NCBI RefSeq assembly: GCF_009834535.1
Contig: NC_045724.1
Span: 16,306,001 to 16,370,000, forward strand
Direction of reading: 5' to 3'
Origin: Camelus ferus
Taxonomy: Eukaryota
DNA: 64,000 bases
A model generated the notes under the pieces. That model was given only the letters and a program-made list of their open reading frames with translations. It did not search any database and had not been told where the DNA came from. Positions 22,568 through 35,800 of the stretch are shown one piece after another. Both the position numbers and the translations under genes were made by a program. Within the stretch, counting starts at the first letter, position 1. Each line of letters opens with the position of its first letter.

Positions 22568-25539
22568 TTAGAGATTCTGGTTCCTTTTCATGAAGATCTC
22601 GGTTAGGTAATCCCAAAATTTCCCCTGCAGTGTCTCATTGTTGTGGATCATGGCAGTAAGAGCTTCCCCCTGGTCCAGACCTTGCCAATAATCTTGCAGC
22701 CACATCTCCTTCCAGCTGAAACATCAAATAGGGGATGGATTATTGAATGTGAGCACAGCTATGAGTCCTGCCTTTCTCTGAATAGCCAAAGAAATCTTAA
22801 GCAGATACAGTGGTCTCTGGTTAGGGCAGGGATCTGCTTTGAAAGGAAGGAAATGTGAAGTAAAACCAGTACTAGCCCAAGTGACAGGCAGTGAGCCACA
22901 AACACAAATTTATCACACAAACCCACCCCAGCGAGTTACAGTTCCTCACTTGCCTGCTCCTGGTCCCCAGATGTGGAGGGAATTCAGAGGCAGGGAGGTC
23001 AGGAGCCAAGCTATGGATACAGTAATCTCCCTAAGGCAGGCAAGGGAGCAGATTTAGATGGTTACCATTTATGTTACCAACTATTTCAATAATCAAAATG
23101 AAGGTGCAGTAGTATCCAGTGTCTAGATAATACATAACTTGAATGTTTCTTAGTTTTTTAGTGTATTGCATTTTTCCTCTGATAAATCATAATATTATAT
23201 TCAGCACAAACTAGATACAATTACCTGATGCAAATCACTAGATACAATTTACCTCCAGTCCCAGGGCCAAACTGTGCCAGCCCTCTGCTGCCATCCACAG
23301 TCCGCAGTGATCTCTGCAGGTCATTCTAGCAGCCTCTCTTCTCCAGGCTAATAACCTTTCACCTCTGCACTAGCAAGTGTGGTTTACTGCAAGTGACTTC
23401 AACATTTTCCCACCCCACCTCCCATGCTTCCTTGTTTCCCAAAGCCACTACCTACTGCAGTAGCCTTCTCACTTCCTTTCCAATCCACACTGCCCACCAT
23501 TGTTAATCATCTTTTGAAAGTATTCCCTCTATTCTGGGACGAACATATAATTTGTCATCCAAATCTGGGTACTTTCAAGAGTGATTGGTGGTGTTAATAA
23601 TTATGCCAGGTTAACAGATATAAACCCTGACTAATGCAGACAAACCTCCCTCAAAATACTCACCTCTGTTTCTCATTCCCATCCCCACAATCTTGAAGGT
23701 ACTCAATAAATAGCTGAGTTGATTTTCAGGCCAGTCCAGTTCCTGAGCCCGATATTCAGGCTACGGACAGCCTGGCACAACTTTGTCTCTCCCTCATTGC
23801 TTCCCTGAACAGACCCTCTGTTCCGGTTGAATCACTATTGCAAACATTGTCCACAAGAGCTCATTTTATATGGTGTTGCCCTGAATTATCTCTCACATCT
23901 TCTACTGAGCTTTTTCAGTTTGTCTTATCTCCTCAACTAGACTCTTGACACCTTAAGAGTGAAGTGATCCCGTGTCACAATTTCCTTGTACATGTTGTAC
24001 ATCCTCTCAGTGCTAGTTTATTGTCCACAGGAAGCATGTAAGTAAATCATTTGATTTGCCAGCCGCAGGCACCCTTACCTGTCATTCTCAGGAATCTCTT
24101 CCACACTGCCAAAGCCAGGTGTGGGCATTGGGCAGTCCATGTGTGAGGGCTTGGCAATATGAGGCTCGGGGATAGGGATGTCCCCAGGAGAGGCTGCGTG
24201 GGCCTTCTCTGCAGCCAGCCGAGCCAGCTCGTGGTCACAGACGAAACACTCGAATCCATTAAGGTAGTTAGGCAGTAAAGGATCATTCACTCCCCACTCC
24301 CGCTTTTTGAGACTATCCAGAAGGAACTGGTTGGTGATGCCCCCAGGCTGCTTGTATGCCAGGTATTTCATATATTCCTCATCATTTTTGTCCAGAAAGT
24401 CAATAAACTCTGCCAGCTTCTGCGGCGACTCAAAGTCATCAATGAGGATGATGGAGTGATTGTTGGGAATCCAGTCCCTCACAGAGGGAGAGCCGCGGTA
24501 CACGGGCACAGCACCGAGATGCATGGGGCGCCACAGTTTTTCCGTCATGTAGTCGTCACAGATGGCATTTTCGAGGGCCAAATGGAACTTATAGCGGGAC
24601 AAGAAGACCAAGAGCTCTGGATCCTCGGTGGTGGCTGTGGCTGTGTCCTGTAACCGCGGAGTGGGCAGCTCCCGATTTTGCAGGCATTTCCCATATGAGT
24701 CCACCTGCGTGGGGTAGAGTACGGCAGTCAAGAGGGTACGGCACGTTGGCCTGGACACCAGCGGTCCCGGCTTCCCGGCTTCAGCCCGGTGCGCCACCCA
24801 CCCCTCCCCACCAGGTCCCGCCCTCACCCACCGGGATGTAGCGCATGAGCTCGCGCACGTAGCGGTCCCGGTCCGCAGGCACGTCGCAATGGGACTGCAG
24901 ATACAGCAGGGGCGCGTAGCCGCGGCGGCGCCACTCTGCGCGCTCCTGGAGCGGAGGCGCCGCGCGGCGCAGATAAGCGGTCCCGGGCAGCCACTGCAGC
25001 GGCAGCGGGTAGTCAGAGTGACGGCTGAAGGTGGCCGTGAGATTGAAGAGGCGGATGCCCGGACCGTGGCTCAGCAAGAAGTTGTTGAGGGGCGACTCCT
25101 CGTGCAGGAGCGCCCAGCTCTGGTGCGCCAGGCGCGGCAGTGGCGCCTCGGACGCGCGGAAGTCGGTGCCGTAGAAGAGCAGAGCTCGCGTTCGTGAGTC
25201 TCCCCGCATCCGTCGGTCCCGGGACGCTAGGCACGCGCCGCGCGCGCACTCAATGCGCTCCGAGTCGCCCGGGAAGTGAGGAAACAGTCCTGGGCTCCAC
25301 CACAGCAGCACCGGCAAGTCCACCGACTCCTCCCTCCCTGGCCGCGGGGTCCCCGGACTGCGCGCCACCCCCACTGCGCCCAGCGGCGAGGGAGGCCGGA
25401 AAACCGCGCCATCCCACGGCTCTGCCCACGCCGTCTCCCCGCCGGTCTCCCCCTCTGCCACTGGCCCTGAGCTGCTGGCCGCACAGACACTAAGCACTTG
25501 CAAGGCGGCAAGCACAGCCCCCGTGCGGCCGGCCCCCAT
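22568..25539 (-). CDS. FUT11: Fucosyltransferase 11 (GT10 family; reported as protein O-fucosyltransferase POFUT4), 493 aa
   Basis: ATG at 25539 ([13 protein letters not shown]..., signal-anchor-like). Exons 24832-25539, 24079-24704 and 22568-22715 sum to 1482 nt with phases 0 and 2 matching. GT10 motifs YKFHLALEN and DYMTEKLW are present; ends ...[13 protein letters not shown]. Confidence 0.97.
23535..23650. mobile_element. hAT DNA-transposon MITE, MER94-like
   Basis: CATATAATTTGTCATCCAAA...TTAATAATTATGCCAGG...TAAACCCTGACT...GACAAACC resembles the MER94 consensus as recalled. Confidence 0.55.
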
Positions 25540-25720
25540 GTCCACTCCGGCGGCCGACGCCCCTCAGCACCAGTCCCCGCCTGGCGTTGAGTAGCGACGG
25601 TAAGAAGTCCTACGCCACAGGGGCAAGTGGCGCATGCGCAGCCGGCCACTTCCCGGGAGCTGCTAGTCTGGGCAGGAAGGACTGCAGGGAAAGTGATGAT
25701 GATAACGACGCGGGTAAAAC
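24440..25720 (-). promoter_or_regulatory. FUT11: FUT11 CpG island and promoter with NRF1-type motif
   Basis: CpG-dense exon 1 and intron 1. GCGCATGCGCA at 25630-25640, about 90 nt upstream of the ATG. Confidence 0.75.
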
Positions 25721-25743
25721 TGAGGCTACTGGTTACATCTTAA

Positions 25744-25754
25744 TTTATTTTATT
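25744..25754 (-). terminator. SEC24C: SEC24C polyadenylation signal (overlapping AATAAA hexamers)
   Basis: + strand TTTATTTTATT gives minus-strand AATAAAATAAA about 1.07 kb past the SEC24C stop. Confidence 0.7.
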
Positions 25755-26826
25755 TCTTTACAAGTTAAAGATGCATTGAAAAATAAACCAGTGAAGAGAA
25801 ATGAGAGGGCCAGAGCAGGGGCATCCCAGGCTGGGAGCAGGCAAGCATAGCCTCCAAGCCTAGTCCTTGTCCTGCCTCAGCCAGGTCACATTGGAAGAGA
25901 ACTGTCAGCCACTCTGTCAATGCCAAAGCCTGAGTGATGTCCTGGCAGGAGAGACCAGCCACCTTTGCCACTCTCCCCAACAACCCCCAGCTTGGAGAGC
26001 AGTGTTTCCAGCAGGAGCCCAGAGTGGGATGTGGGCTGGCTCTGTGAGGTATTGCGAGTTGATGACCAGGCTCCCTACAGAACCATCCAGTGTTGGGGCC
26101 TCTCCGGCTGCAAAGGAGGCTGGTACCTCTTCCAGGTCTTAGAATACTTTGCAACTCAGTTCCCAGGCTCATTCATCTCTTAATGTGCCTGTGATAATCC
26201 ACCAAGTGATCAATCATTGAAGGAGAGAGAAAGAGCAGTGGAAGCAGAGAGAGAGATCTAATCAACCACCCTCAGTAATTCTGGCTTGACTGTTGACTTC
26301 CAGGCCCAAGAAGACTGACCACTTTTCTCTCTACTACCTATGGTCTACATTCCAGCTCTTGTGCACCTATATGTATGTTTATCCCTAATATAGGAAGTTG
26401 TTGATGACACTGAGCTGAATTAGCAGCCCCTCCCCCTGTGGTAACCCTGGGATCCCCCCTCCTTCCTGCCTGCCCTTGGAGGCTGGTCCAAAGGGACACA
26501 TAATATTGCCAGAGTCTGGGTGCCTCCAAATCTCCCAACACCAAATCATATACAGTGAACTGAGAAACTACATTCATTACGACAGGATTAGCAGGAAAAG
26601 GAGGATAAAGTGAGGGGATAGGGGCACCTTCCAACAGCAGGACATGACAGAGTGGTAGGATACTTGAGCCCAGAAAGAAGGTGTCTCCTTATACCTCCCC
26701 CTCCCCCCCCCAAGAGACTGAGGTCAGCTTACATGACTTACAAGATATGCAACTGCCCTATTTCTCTGCTGTCCTGGGGTACTTTCTGGAAGCTGGCCTG
26801 GACCCTATGCTGTTTACCCACTTGCT

Positions 26827-29800
26827 CTAACTCAGTAGCTGCCGAATCTCCTTGTGCATATGACAGAGAAAGTCCACATAGGATGCTCCCCCACTCAGGC
26901 TCTTGTCTTCCACCAGAAAGTGTTTGAACAGCATCTCCAGCTTGTCCTCCTGTTTCACCACGATAAGCTAGGGCCAGAACACACGGTCATGAAGCAGGGC
27001 TAAAGGGAATTAAACATGCCCTGAAATCCCATTATCCAGCCACTCACCCCTTACCCGCCTTCCAGGGGAGGACTTGACAAAATAAGAAATCCAGGGTTTG
27101 GATCAGTGTTACCTTCATGTACCGCGATCTCTGTGCCCTCAAACCATCAATGAGGCCTCGCACTTTCTTGGACAGCAGATTATCCAGAACTGGCAGAACA
27201 CTCTGGAACACAAAATTCATTTATCCTTATGGTAAAGTATGCTGAATCCAGTGGTCAAGGTGAGAGAGCACAGATTTATGCATTATCTGAAACAAGGAAG
27301 CCTCTGAAGAATGACAGCACCCTCCCTCCTCAGCGTTCCTTGCTACTTAAGCGGACTCACACACTAATTTTATTGGCTCCTACTCATTTCACAAAGTATA
27401 TTTCCACACCCATAGTCTCCTTGACTCCCTGCCCTCACCAGGCCACTGGTGATCTGACTGAAGGAGGAGACGCCGAAGAGGCTCTGGACAACACCCTGCT
27501 GGACACTTGCTCCCACCCAGAGGAAGAGGTTGAGCCCATTCTCCAGCAAATATATATCTCCATTGCTTAGACGCTCTTCAGATGCTCGAACTGCTGATGG
27601 TTCAGTGGTATTCTCAATGGGAGACTTTGTCTGGACAAAAGGAAGGGGGCAAAAGGTTACCAAGGACCATAAGACATATTTGCCCAACCCCCAACACACA
27701 TACAAAATTTCAGAAAGCTAAGCCCCTTAGCAACTCAGTGTGAAAATATGACATCAGATAATGCAGGTAAAAAATTCATTAGTGTCAGACCCAGATAATA
27801 TTAATCCTTCCCTTCCTCCTCCTATGATGCCCCTTTCTCAGTATGATGTCTCACACTCCAGCCCTCAGGCGCACCAATGGTAGGAGCCGAGGATAAAAGA
27901 AGACATTGGTCTCAGCCACATCCATGGAGGTAACCAGCAGTCGGACATAAGCGCGGTCATCAGTGGTGACTTCAGCTCCAGGCTGCAGGACGTCACTCTT
28001 CAACACACAGTTCAGGTAAACTGGGAGTAGCTTCATGCACTCAGGAAGGATCAACTAAGGGGGTTATCAAAACATAGTCAATAATCATGAGAGATCCCTC
28101 CCAATGCAAAAATGTATCCTAGCAACTCCTTCACCAACATGTTTGCCCTACCTGTCCTGCGGAGGAGGGGCTGGCACAGTTCTTTCTGTAACAGGCCAAG
28201 ATCTGGGCACACTGGGTGATGAGAGTGTCACGAACAGTCTTCACTGGGCTGTTCAGGACCCCCCGGTACGCTGGAAGGGAAAGGAGCTAGCACAGTCACT
28301 GGTCTGCCATTCCATCACATGTGCCTTCCCACCAGCACACCTACTCAGGAACGTGGAACTGCTGAACATTCTAGACCTCTCTCTTTGCCCTAGTCCCACC
28401 CAGCCCTGCCCCTGCCCTCACCAAACTTGGCCATGTAGTTGATGAGCGTGTCAGTCTCACAGTTTCGATACAGATCAGCTAGCTGAGTGCAGCAGTTGAG
28501 GGCCAGGTTGTGGATGCGGAGCCGTCGCTGCCCCGCACAACTGGTGTAGAGCAGGGCACACTACGGGGAGGGAGAAAGGGGGAGTTCACACCCCTCCTTC
28601 AACAAAGCCCTCTGAAAAACTGCCTCTTTGCTATATTATTGAATTAAAAGAAAGACACGAACCACCCCTCCCCCAGCCTCTTCTAGTCCTCTCTACGCAC
28701 CCCTCACGCTCTTCCCTGCGGCCTCTTTATCGCCAGTGAAATGACCCCTAACGCTTCTTCCCCAGTCCCTGCCGCCTGCCCGCCACCTGCAGGAGGGCTC
28801 CACTCTCTTCATTGAGCCGGTCGTCATGCTTGAACTCCACAGTCACCGTTTTGTCCCCATCCAGCCCAGCCAGCTCCACATCTGTTGTGTTGCTCATGTA
28901 GAAAGCCCCAAAGAAATCTACAGCACGTATACCTGAGGCCACATGGACAGGGACAGGGCTAATGAATGGTATGACAGGTGCCACTTGCCTCCCTCCCAGA
29001 TTTAGGCCCCCAACCTGCTCTTCTCCAGCCAGGACTGACCAGTGCTTGTCCGGACTCGCATCACAGCATCAAAGCCAACAACCTTCTGGACATCCCGACG
29101 CAGGTCACTGAGGAACCGTTCCTGGTCATTCTCCACCTGCATTCCCCCAGGCCCACAGTCACATCACTGATTACCTAACATCATACAATCAGTCCCGCTG
29201 CACCCCCTCCACTCTACAAGTCTGCTGAATCATAATGACAGTAACAGTGAAGATAATAATGATGTTGATGATTAATGATAGCTTTAAGCATTTACTACAT
29301 GCCAGGTACCATATTAAGTGCTTTACATTAATCCTGATGACAGATCCTAATAAGTATTAAAATCTCATTTTACAAATGAAGAAACAAAGGAGAGAAAAAT
29401 TAAGTAATTTATCCTAGGTCATACAGCTTGTAAGCAGGAGGGCCAGGACTGACTCCAAGCCCCCTGCTCCTGACTGCTCCACTCATAGCTCTCTTTACAC
29501 TACGTGGTCTTCACCTCCAACACTATTCCTATTAACAAGTCAGCAGGTAAAGAGCCACTCCACATGTAGGCAGACATCCCCAGTCCTGCTTCCACTTGCC
29601 ACCCAGAGTCCCATGCCGTACCTGAAAGCAAGCGTATTTGTAGACAGAGCCACCAGTCAGCTGGGGTACAACAGACAGTGTGGCCACATCCACATACTGG
29701 TTAGGGAAGAGGAAGAGGTCTACGCAGCAGCCTTGGGCCACACACTCTTTGGCCAGAGTCTGATAGGCACCTGTCTGAGGCTGGAACAGAGTCTGGGGAA

Positions 29801-32800
29801 GAACAGATGAAAATGCTCAAATGTCAAAGTTCCACACTATTTGAGAACCGTACCTGCATATGGGCTATGCAAGGACATGTAAACTTCAGATCTACTTCAC
29901 AGTCTGCAATAGTAGTAAAACATTCCCAAAGAAAAGCCTACCAAGGGCTTGGGATGAGAAGGGTAGAGAGGTGTGGGAGCAGTGGAGAAGGTTGGCAATC
30001 ACAAAGGTGACACGTGAAAGGGCAGAAGATCTAGTCACAGTTCCCCTCAAAAAAGTAACAGTATTGTGCTGTGAAGAGACACCACATTCCTCCGCAACGG
30101 AAAGTCCTCCCCGTGGCACCCGATCCCACACCTTCTCCTTGTCTGTGTTGATCAACTTCCTGTCGTCTCTGTTCTTCAGCTTCCCTGGGGCCTCTGCAAT
30201 GGGCAGGGAGGTGTGGAACAGAAAGAGCTTCCCTGCACACTCAGCAGCCTAGGAAAGAAGAGAGATCTACTGGTCCATTCTTTCCTTTATTCATCCATTA
30301 TTCATTCACCCCTTCCCTCGTCATTTATTCAGTGCCAACTGTGTCAGACTGGCTGACTCACTGGACAGGCGTCAATCACTGAAGAAACAAGGGTTATATC
30401 CCAGGGGGTAAGATGGTCAGAAGAAAGTGTCACAGAGGAGGTTCCCAGGGACTCTAGCCTTACCTTCAGAGCCTCCATCCCAGCCTGGATAACTGGGGCA
30501 AATACTGTCTCCGTCTCCCTTGTGTCTGCAAACATTTCTGGAATCTGATCCAATAAGCTGAAGAGACAGGTGATAAGAGGCAATCAAAATTGCTATCCAA
30601 ATTCCAGATTCCTCAATCCTCAATCCCCTGAAGAGTCATCTGGTCCCCAGATTCTGAAAACTCTTGAGGCATAGCCCCTGTCCATCTGCTGACCTCTCTG
30701 CTCAACTCTCTGGCTTTCTGTGACTGTACCCACCCCACCCCAGCTTTACCCCCACAATCTCTTTACCTGGTGATGACTGTCCGAGACTCATTGACATTGA
30801 CCAGGAAGCCATCCAGCAGTGGCACAAACATGTCGCCCACATCAGATACAACCATCATCTGTGGCTGGGCCAATGAGCTCTTCACATTGTAGAAGTGCAG
30901 CACCTTATTATAGGTGACAAAGCCAACTCGGACTGCTGACTCTTCGGCCCCGCCCTCCCTGTAGAAGGCGACATTGTTACTCAGATTTGCCATCTTTTCC
31001 ACCACCCAACTTCATGATATCTGGCTCCAACTGCTGAATCAAGCCAGCACCCCCCCACCCACCCTCCCCAGCCATCATCATCATCCAAAGAAAGCACCTC
31101 GGCTCCATAACTCTCACCTAGGCAGAAAGTCTAACAGTGACTTGAGCTCCTCACAGAGGAGCCTAACAAGACCACTCCTGATGGCATTGTAGGAGACGTC
31201 GATCATGAAGATGAAGGCAGGAGGGCTGGGGAACTTATTGTTCTGCAAAGGAAGGAAATGTAGTCGGGGAGAGGAGTATTGGTAAGCAGGCCAACTGACC
31301 AGAGAGAAGTCAACATAAAATGGGACAACGAAGGGATGATGGAAATGATCACAGCAAGTCTTCGCTGTCTCATTGTCCTCCACCCNNNNNNNNNNNNNNN
31401 NNNNNNNNNNNNNNNNNNNNNNNNNNNNNNNNNNNNNNNNNNNNNNNNNNNNNNNNNNNNNNNNNNNNNNNNNNNNNNNNNNNNNNNNNNNNNNNNNNNN
31501 NNNNNNNNNNNNNNNNNATACTGGGGGGGAACTGTGGGGAGTAGGGCAGAGTGTTACTCAAGAGTCCACTCTCAATCTTAGTTAGTCTGGCCCTGGCTGA
31601 GCTCAGTCTACTGTCCCACATCCCCATATGTGTCCTACTTCCCCAGCTCCTAAACAACGGACCCTCATCTACCTAACTAGAAAGAGTACAACATAGATGC
31701 AATCCAGATGCCCCCAATCCCAGCCTCGGTGAACGTACCATCGTTGATACAGCTGCAAAAGCAGCACTGGAAGCGCCTCCCGCCCTCAATGAACTGCATG
31801 AAGGGGCACATATATGCTTTGCAGCGATTGCAGCGCAAAGGGCCAGATTCCCCGTGGTCGACGACATATGGTGAAGCCTAAGGACCAAAGGGGAAGGTCT
31901 GAAACACAGAGGGAAGCTACAGTGGGTAGCTACATGTAGCAGTAGATAAGGAGGAACAACCTGGGGGGCAAGAGCATGGCTCAGATATTTTGCCTGGGGA
32001 GGGAGTAGAGTGAAGGGGAATGAGGACAAATTTCCCTAAGGAGTATCCCGAAGAGTCTAAATTGTATAGTTCTTTCTCCTTATTCCTCATCTCCAGAATT
32101 TCACTTCTTCTTGAAAGGGAAGAGTGACTGTGAACCCAGCCCTAACAACTCAGGGGCTGATATGGGCTTTTGAGAAGAAAGCCAAAGAGTATCCAGGATT
32201 CACATTTCTGGCCCTATCTTCAATCCCCTTCACTCCTGCCCTAGGGATCCTGACTCCTGCTTCCTTTCCCAAACAAGTATCTGTGACATTTGTCCTCCAT
32301 GATCCCTGGATTTCTGTGATATCTACTGATGCCCCAGGCAGATGTCACCCTACAGGTTAAAGACCAGCAGCCAAGTGTCCAACCATCCCCACTGAGACCC
32401 AGGAAAAGAGAATGAGAAGCACACAGAATAAGACAGAGAAGCAGGATGTAAAGTGAGCCCTGAGTGTCCAGTTATAGAGAAATCCATCCTAAGTTTGATA
32501 AGTTAAGCATGAGCACAAGGGTATCCTACCAAGGCCTGGTAGGATAGAGCAGCTGCCAAGCTCTCTCTCTTTTTATGCTGATTTCAGGTTTTGGGGTTGC
32601 AGATCATGGCCCAAGCCAGGTAAGAGACAGACTGCTGGATCCTAATCCACCTTTTTCCTTACATGCTGCCCTAACATCTCTAACATGGCATGACAGGACA
32701 GCGTATAAGAAAAAGTATAATGATGTGCTTCTAATCATCTGGAGATGACCATGCTATGAGAGGCTCCTGCATCCAGCTGTCTTCTTCCCTGCAAGCTGGC

Positions 32801-35800
32801 CTTGTGTTTCCCCTGTGGATCCTGCTCCCATCCAGCAATTTCTTGGACTTTTGCTTTCATCCCTACAACCTCCTTCAGATATGGTCCCTGGGATACAAAG
32901 TTGCTGAAGATACTCTCCGCTTCTGCCCAGCCAAAAGTTCTTCCATTGTGACTGACAGAATCACACCTAGGAAGAAGTCTTACTCCCCACTCCCCCTCCC
33001 TTCCTCCCTTTCATTTCCTCTAGTCCCTTCTCTGACTCACCTCCTCTGGGGGCAGCCTTGCCAACGGTTTGATGACAGCTGCCAGAGGCACCTGAGCCTG
33101 TTTAGCCATGTCAGATGTGCAAGGGATATTATAGGATGTGCATCGGATGTAGCGGGGACTCGCATTCCCTGAAGGAGGAGGTAGAAAGACTGAGTCAGAT
33201 CACAGAATCCCTCCAGACACCAGCTCTCCACTGCTGATCCAGCCCATCACCCCAACAAATGCTAGAGCTGATGGTGGTTTTTCCCCCCTCAAAAGCAGTG
33301 AGGGACTGGTTTTCAATTAATGACTGACAAAAGGTGGGAGGGTATAGCTCGGTGGTAGAGTGCATGCTTAGCATGCACAAGGACATGGGTTCAATTCCCA
33401 GCACCTCCATTAAAAAAAAAAAAAACATACATACATACATAAACCTAATTACCTCCCCTCTCCAACAACAACAAAAACCCAACAAACCAAAAAAAGAAGA
33501 AAAAAAAAAAGACTGACAAAAGCCCCATCCATAGTCTGATAGTGTTGGAGAAAAAGCTCTGCAGGGAGGGGCTAACGCCCCTCTCACCTTGGTCTTTCAC
33601 CAGGAAGTTGGTGGTGACTAAGGGTGGCACCTGGCCCCGTACTCCAGTAATAAATGGCTCTGAACCCCGGTTGTTCCTGTCATCCTCGATAACCTGAATC
33701 TGTAGGGGAGAAGTGAAATGAATGAGGTGACAGACAAAAAGGGAGAACCAGGTCCCAGAGAGCTAGGAGAAAGAAAGGCTGGAGCTGCAGCACAGAAACT
33801 AATAATTTGCCAAGGAACACACCTCATGCACCAGGCCTGCTCTCCTTCTGGAGATCATATAAAATGCTGTAACGCCAACCTTCTAGTGTACAGTCAGCAG
33901 CAAAATGCTGGACAGGCAACACTGAGAACAGGCTTCTTCACGAATTGCCCTGAACCCCAATATAACCCTGTTATAACCCCCACTGCAGGGAAACTCCAGC
34001 TCTAATCACAAACCTTCAAACCTGATCAGATTCTACTTGCCTCCCCCATCAAGCCTTCCCCTCCCCTTTTCTCCCCAAGACACTTTCTGAGAAAGAGCAG
34101 GAAAACAGACAACAGTAACCATGTAAAAATGAATCTACCTGGAATGACTCTACACTCAATGAAAGAAGGGACAGGGTGAGGAGAGGATTACACAGACAGA
34201 AATGATCAGGCAAGGTGAGGAAGCAGATGCTGCCTTATTTTCAGGTAAGCATCAGTGTGTAAATATGGGAGAAGAGGATTTTACAGCCTGATCCTCAGTC
34301 CCCCACATTTTGACAGACCCAGCGAAGGGAGAAAAAAAGGTTTTGCAAAGCTGGTGATCAGATCTTTCGGCAGGCCGAGAACCTTTGGTCAGTTACTTCA
34401 AGATGGGTTTGGTAAAACCAGAAAAAGGGAGACTAAGACTCTGTATCCCATAGCAGAAAGAGTTGAAGCTTAGAAATACATCAGAGTCACTGTCCAGCTG
34501 AGACAGTGGTCCACACTTTCCCAAACCGGCCATCCCTTCCCCTGTAAGAAATGCCAGTTTTCCAAACTTGTACATTAGTAGCCACCTACCCACATGTTTC
34601 TCCACAACAAGCTGTAGACAAATCAAACCCAAAGGGGAAGGATCTACTGTTTGACTTTGTCCTGTTCCATCGTATGTCACACGCAGGCTCCTGGAGAAGC
34701 CAGCAGGACTAAAACCAAAGCTTAACATGCCACCTGAGCCCACCCTTAGAGCCTGACCTTCTACCATCCCATACTTAAAGGCACTGCTAACACCTTGCTA
34801 CTTCATTATATGGTGACTTGAGGCATGCACATCCTTCTAGCATGTAGAAGCGAGGATCTAGAAGGACTAAGGGAAGAGGATGGAGAGGGATGGACATGGT
34901 GGATGAGGTGAAGATGAGGTCACAGGCATGCATGGGTGACATTAACACAGGGATGACACNNNNNNNNNNNNNNNNNNNNNNNNNNNNNNNNNNNNNNNNN
35001 NNNNNNNNNNNNNNNNNNNNNNNNNNNNNNNNNNNNNNNNNNNNNNNNNNNNNNNNNNNNNNNNNNNNNNNNNNNNNNNNNNNNNNNNNNNACAGGGAGG
35101 GAGACAAAAGAACAAGAAGCAGATGTTACTTCTCTCAACCCTGATGAGTTAGACATGAACAGCTGGAGCCCAGCTCAGACTGCTGAAATCGGGCCCCCTC
35201 TAGATCAGAAATTCCAAGTTTTTCTGGCCCAAAAAAGAGCCTTTAATGGCTCAGATTATGATGCAGAAAGATAAAGAAGGGGACAAACAGAAGGCAAGAG
35301 GGGTTATACAGGGAGGCACTGAATGGGAGAAACCTTAAGGAAGAAGAGGGCTGTTCCCTCTAAAAGGCCAATCCTCCCATCTAAGGACTATTCTTATGCT
35401 GAAAGAAGACTCTCCTCACATCCAACCGGACTCTACTCACTGAAGGAGGGAAAAGGAAGGAGGGGCCATATAATCCTCTCGGGTCCCACTTAGCCAGCTG
35501 GGTCCCTCACCATGATAGTTCCCCAAAGGAAAAGGGAAGAGAACAGATGGAATATGACAATGGCTAAGCATGGTGAGGTAACCGACATAGCAAATGTTGC
35601 AGACAGAACTATAAAGTGGCCTCCATTCGAGAGTACAGTCCAAGCCTCTATTCTGAGTATGATGAGGAAGGCCTGAGGATTCTGATGGCTCCAAGGGTGA
35701 AATTCACCATCCTTCCGGAAGAAACAGTTTCCCCACGTTGCCCTTGTAAACTGTAGCTCACTTTTCCCTAACCACACAGCAGAAGCCTAGCAAACAAAAG

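Noticed and set aside
33340-33410. tRNA gene suggested by A and B boxes (also near 51488-51550)
   Set aside because: Followed by an A-rich tail, flanked by a TSD in one copy, and lacking a complete cloverleaf: SINE heads, not tRNAs.
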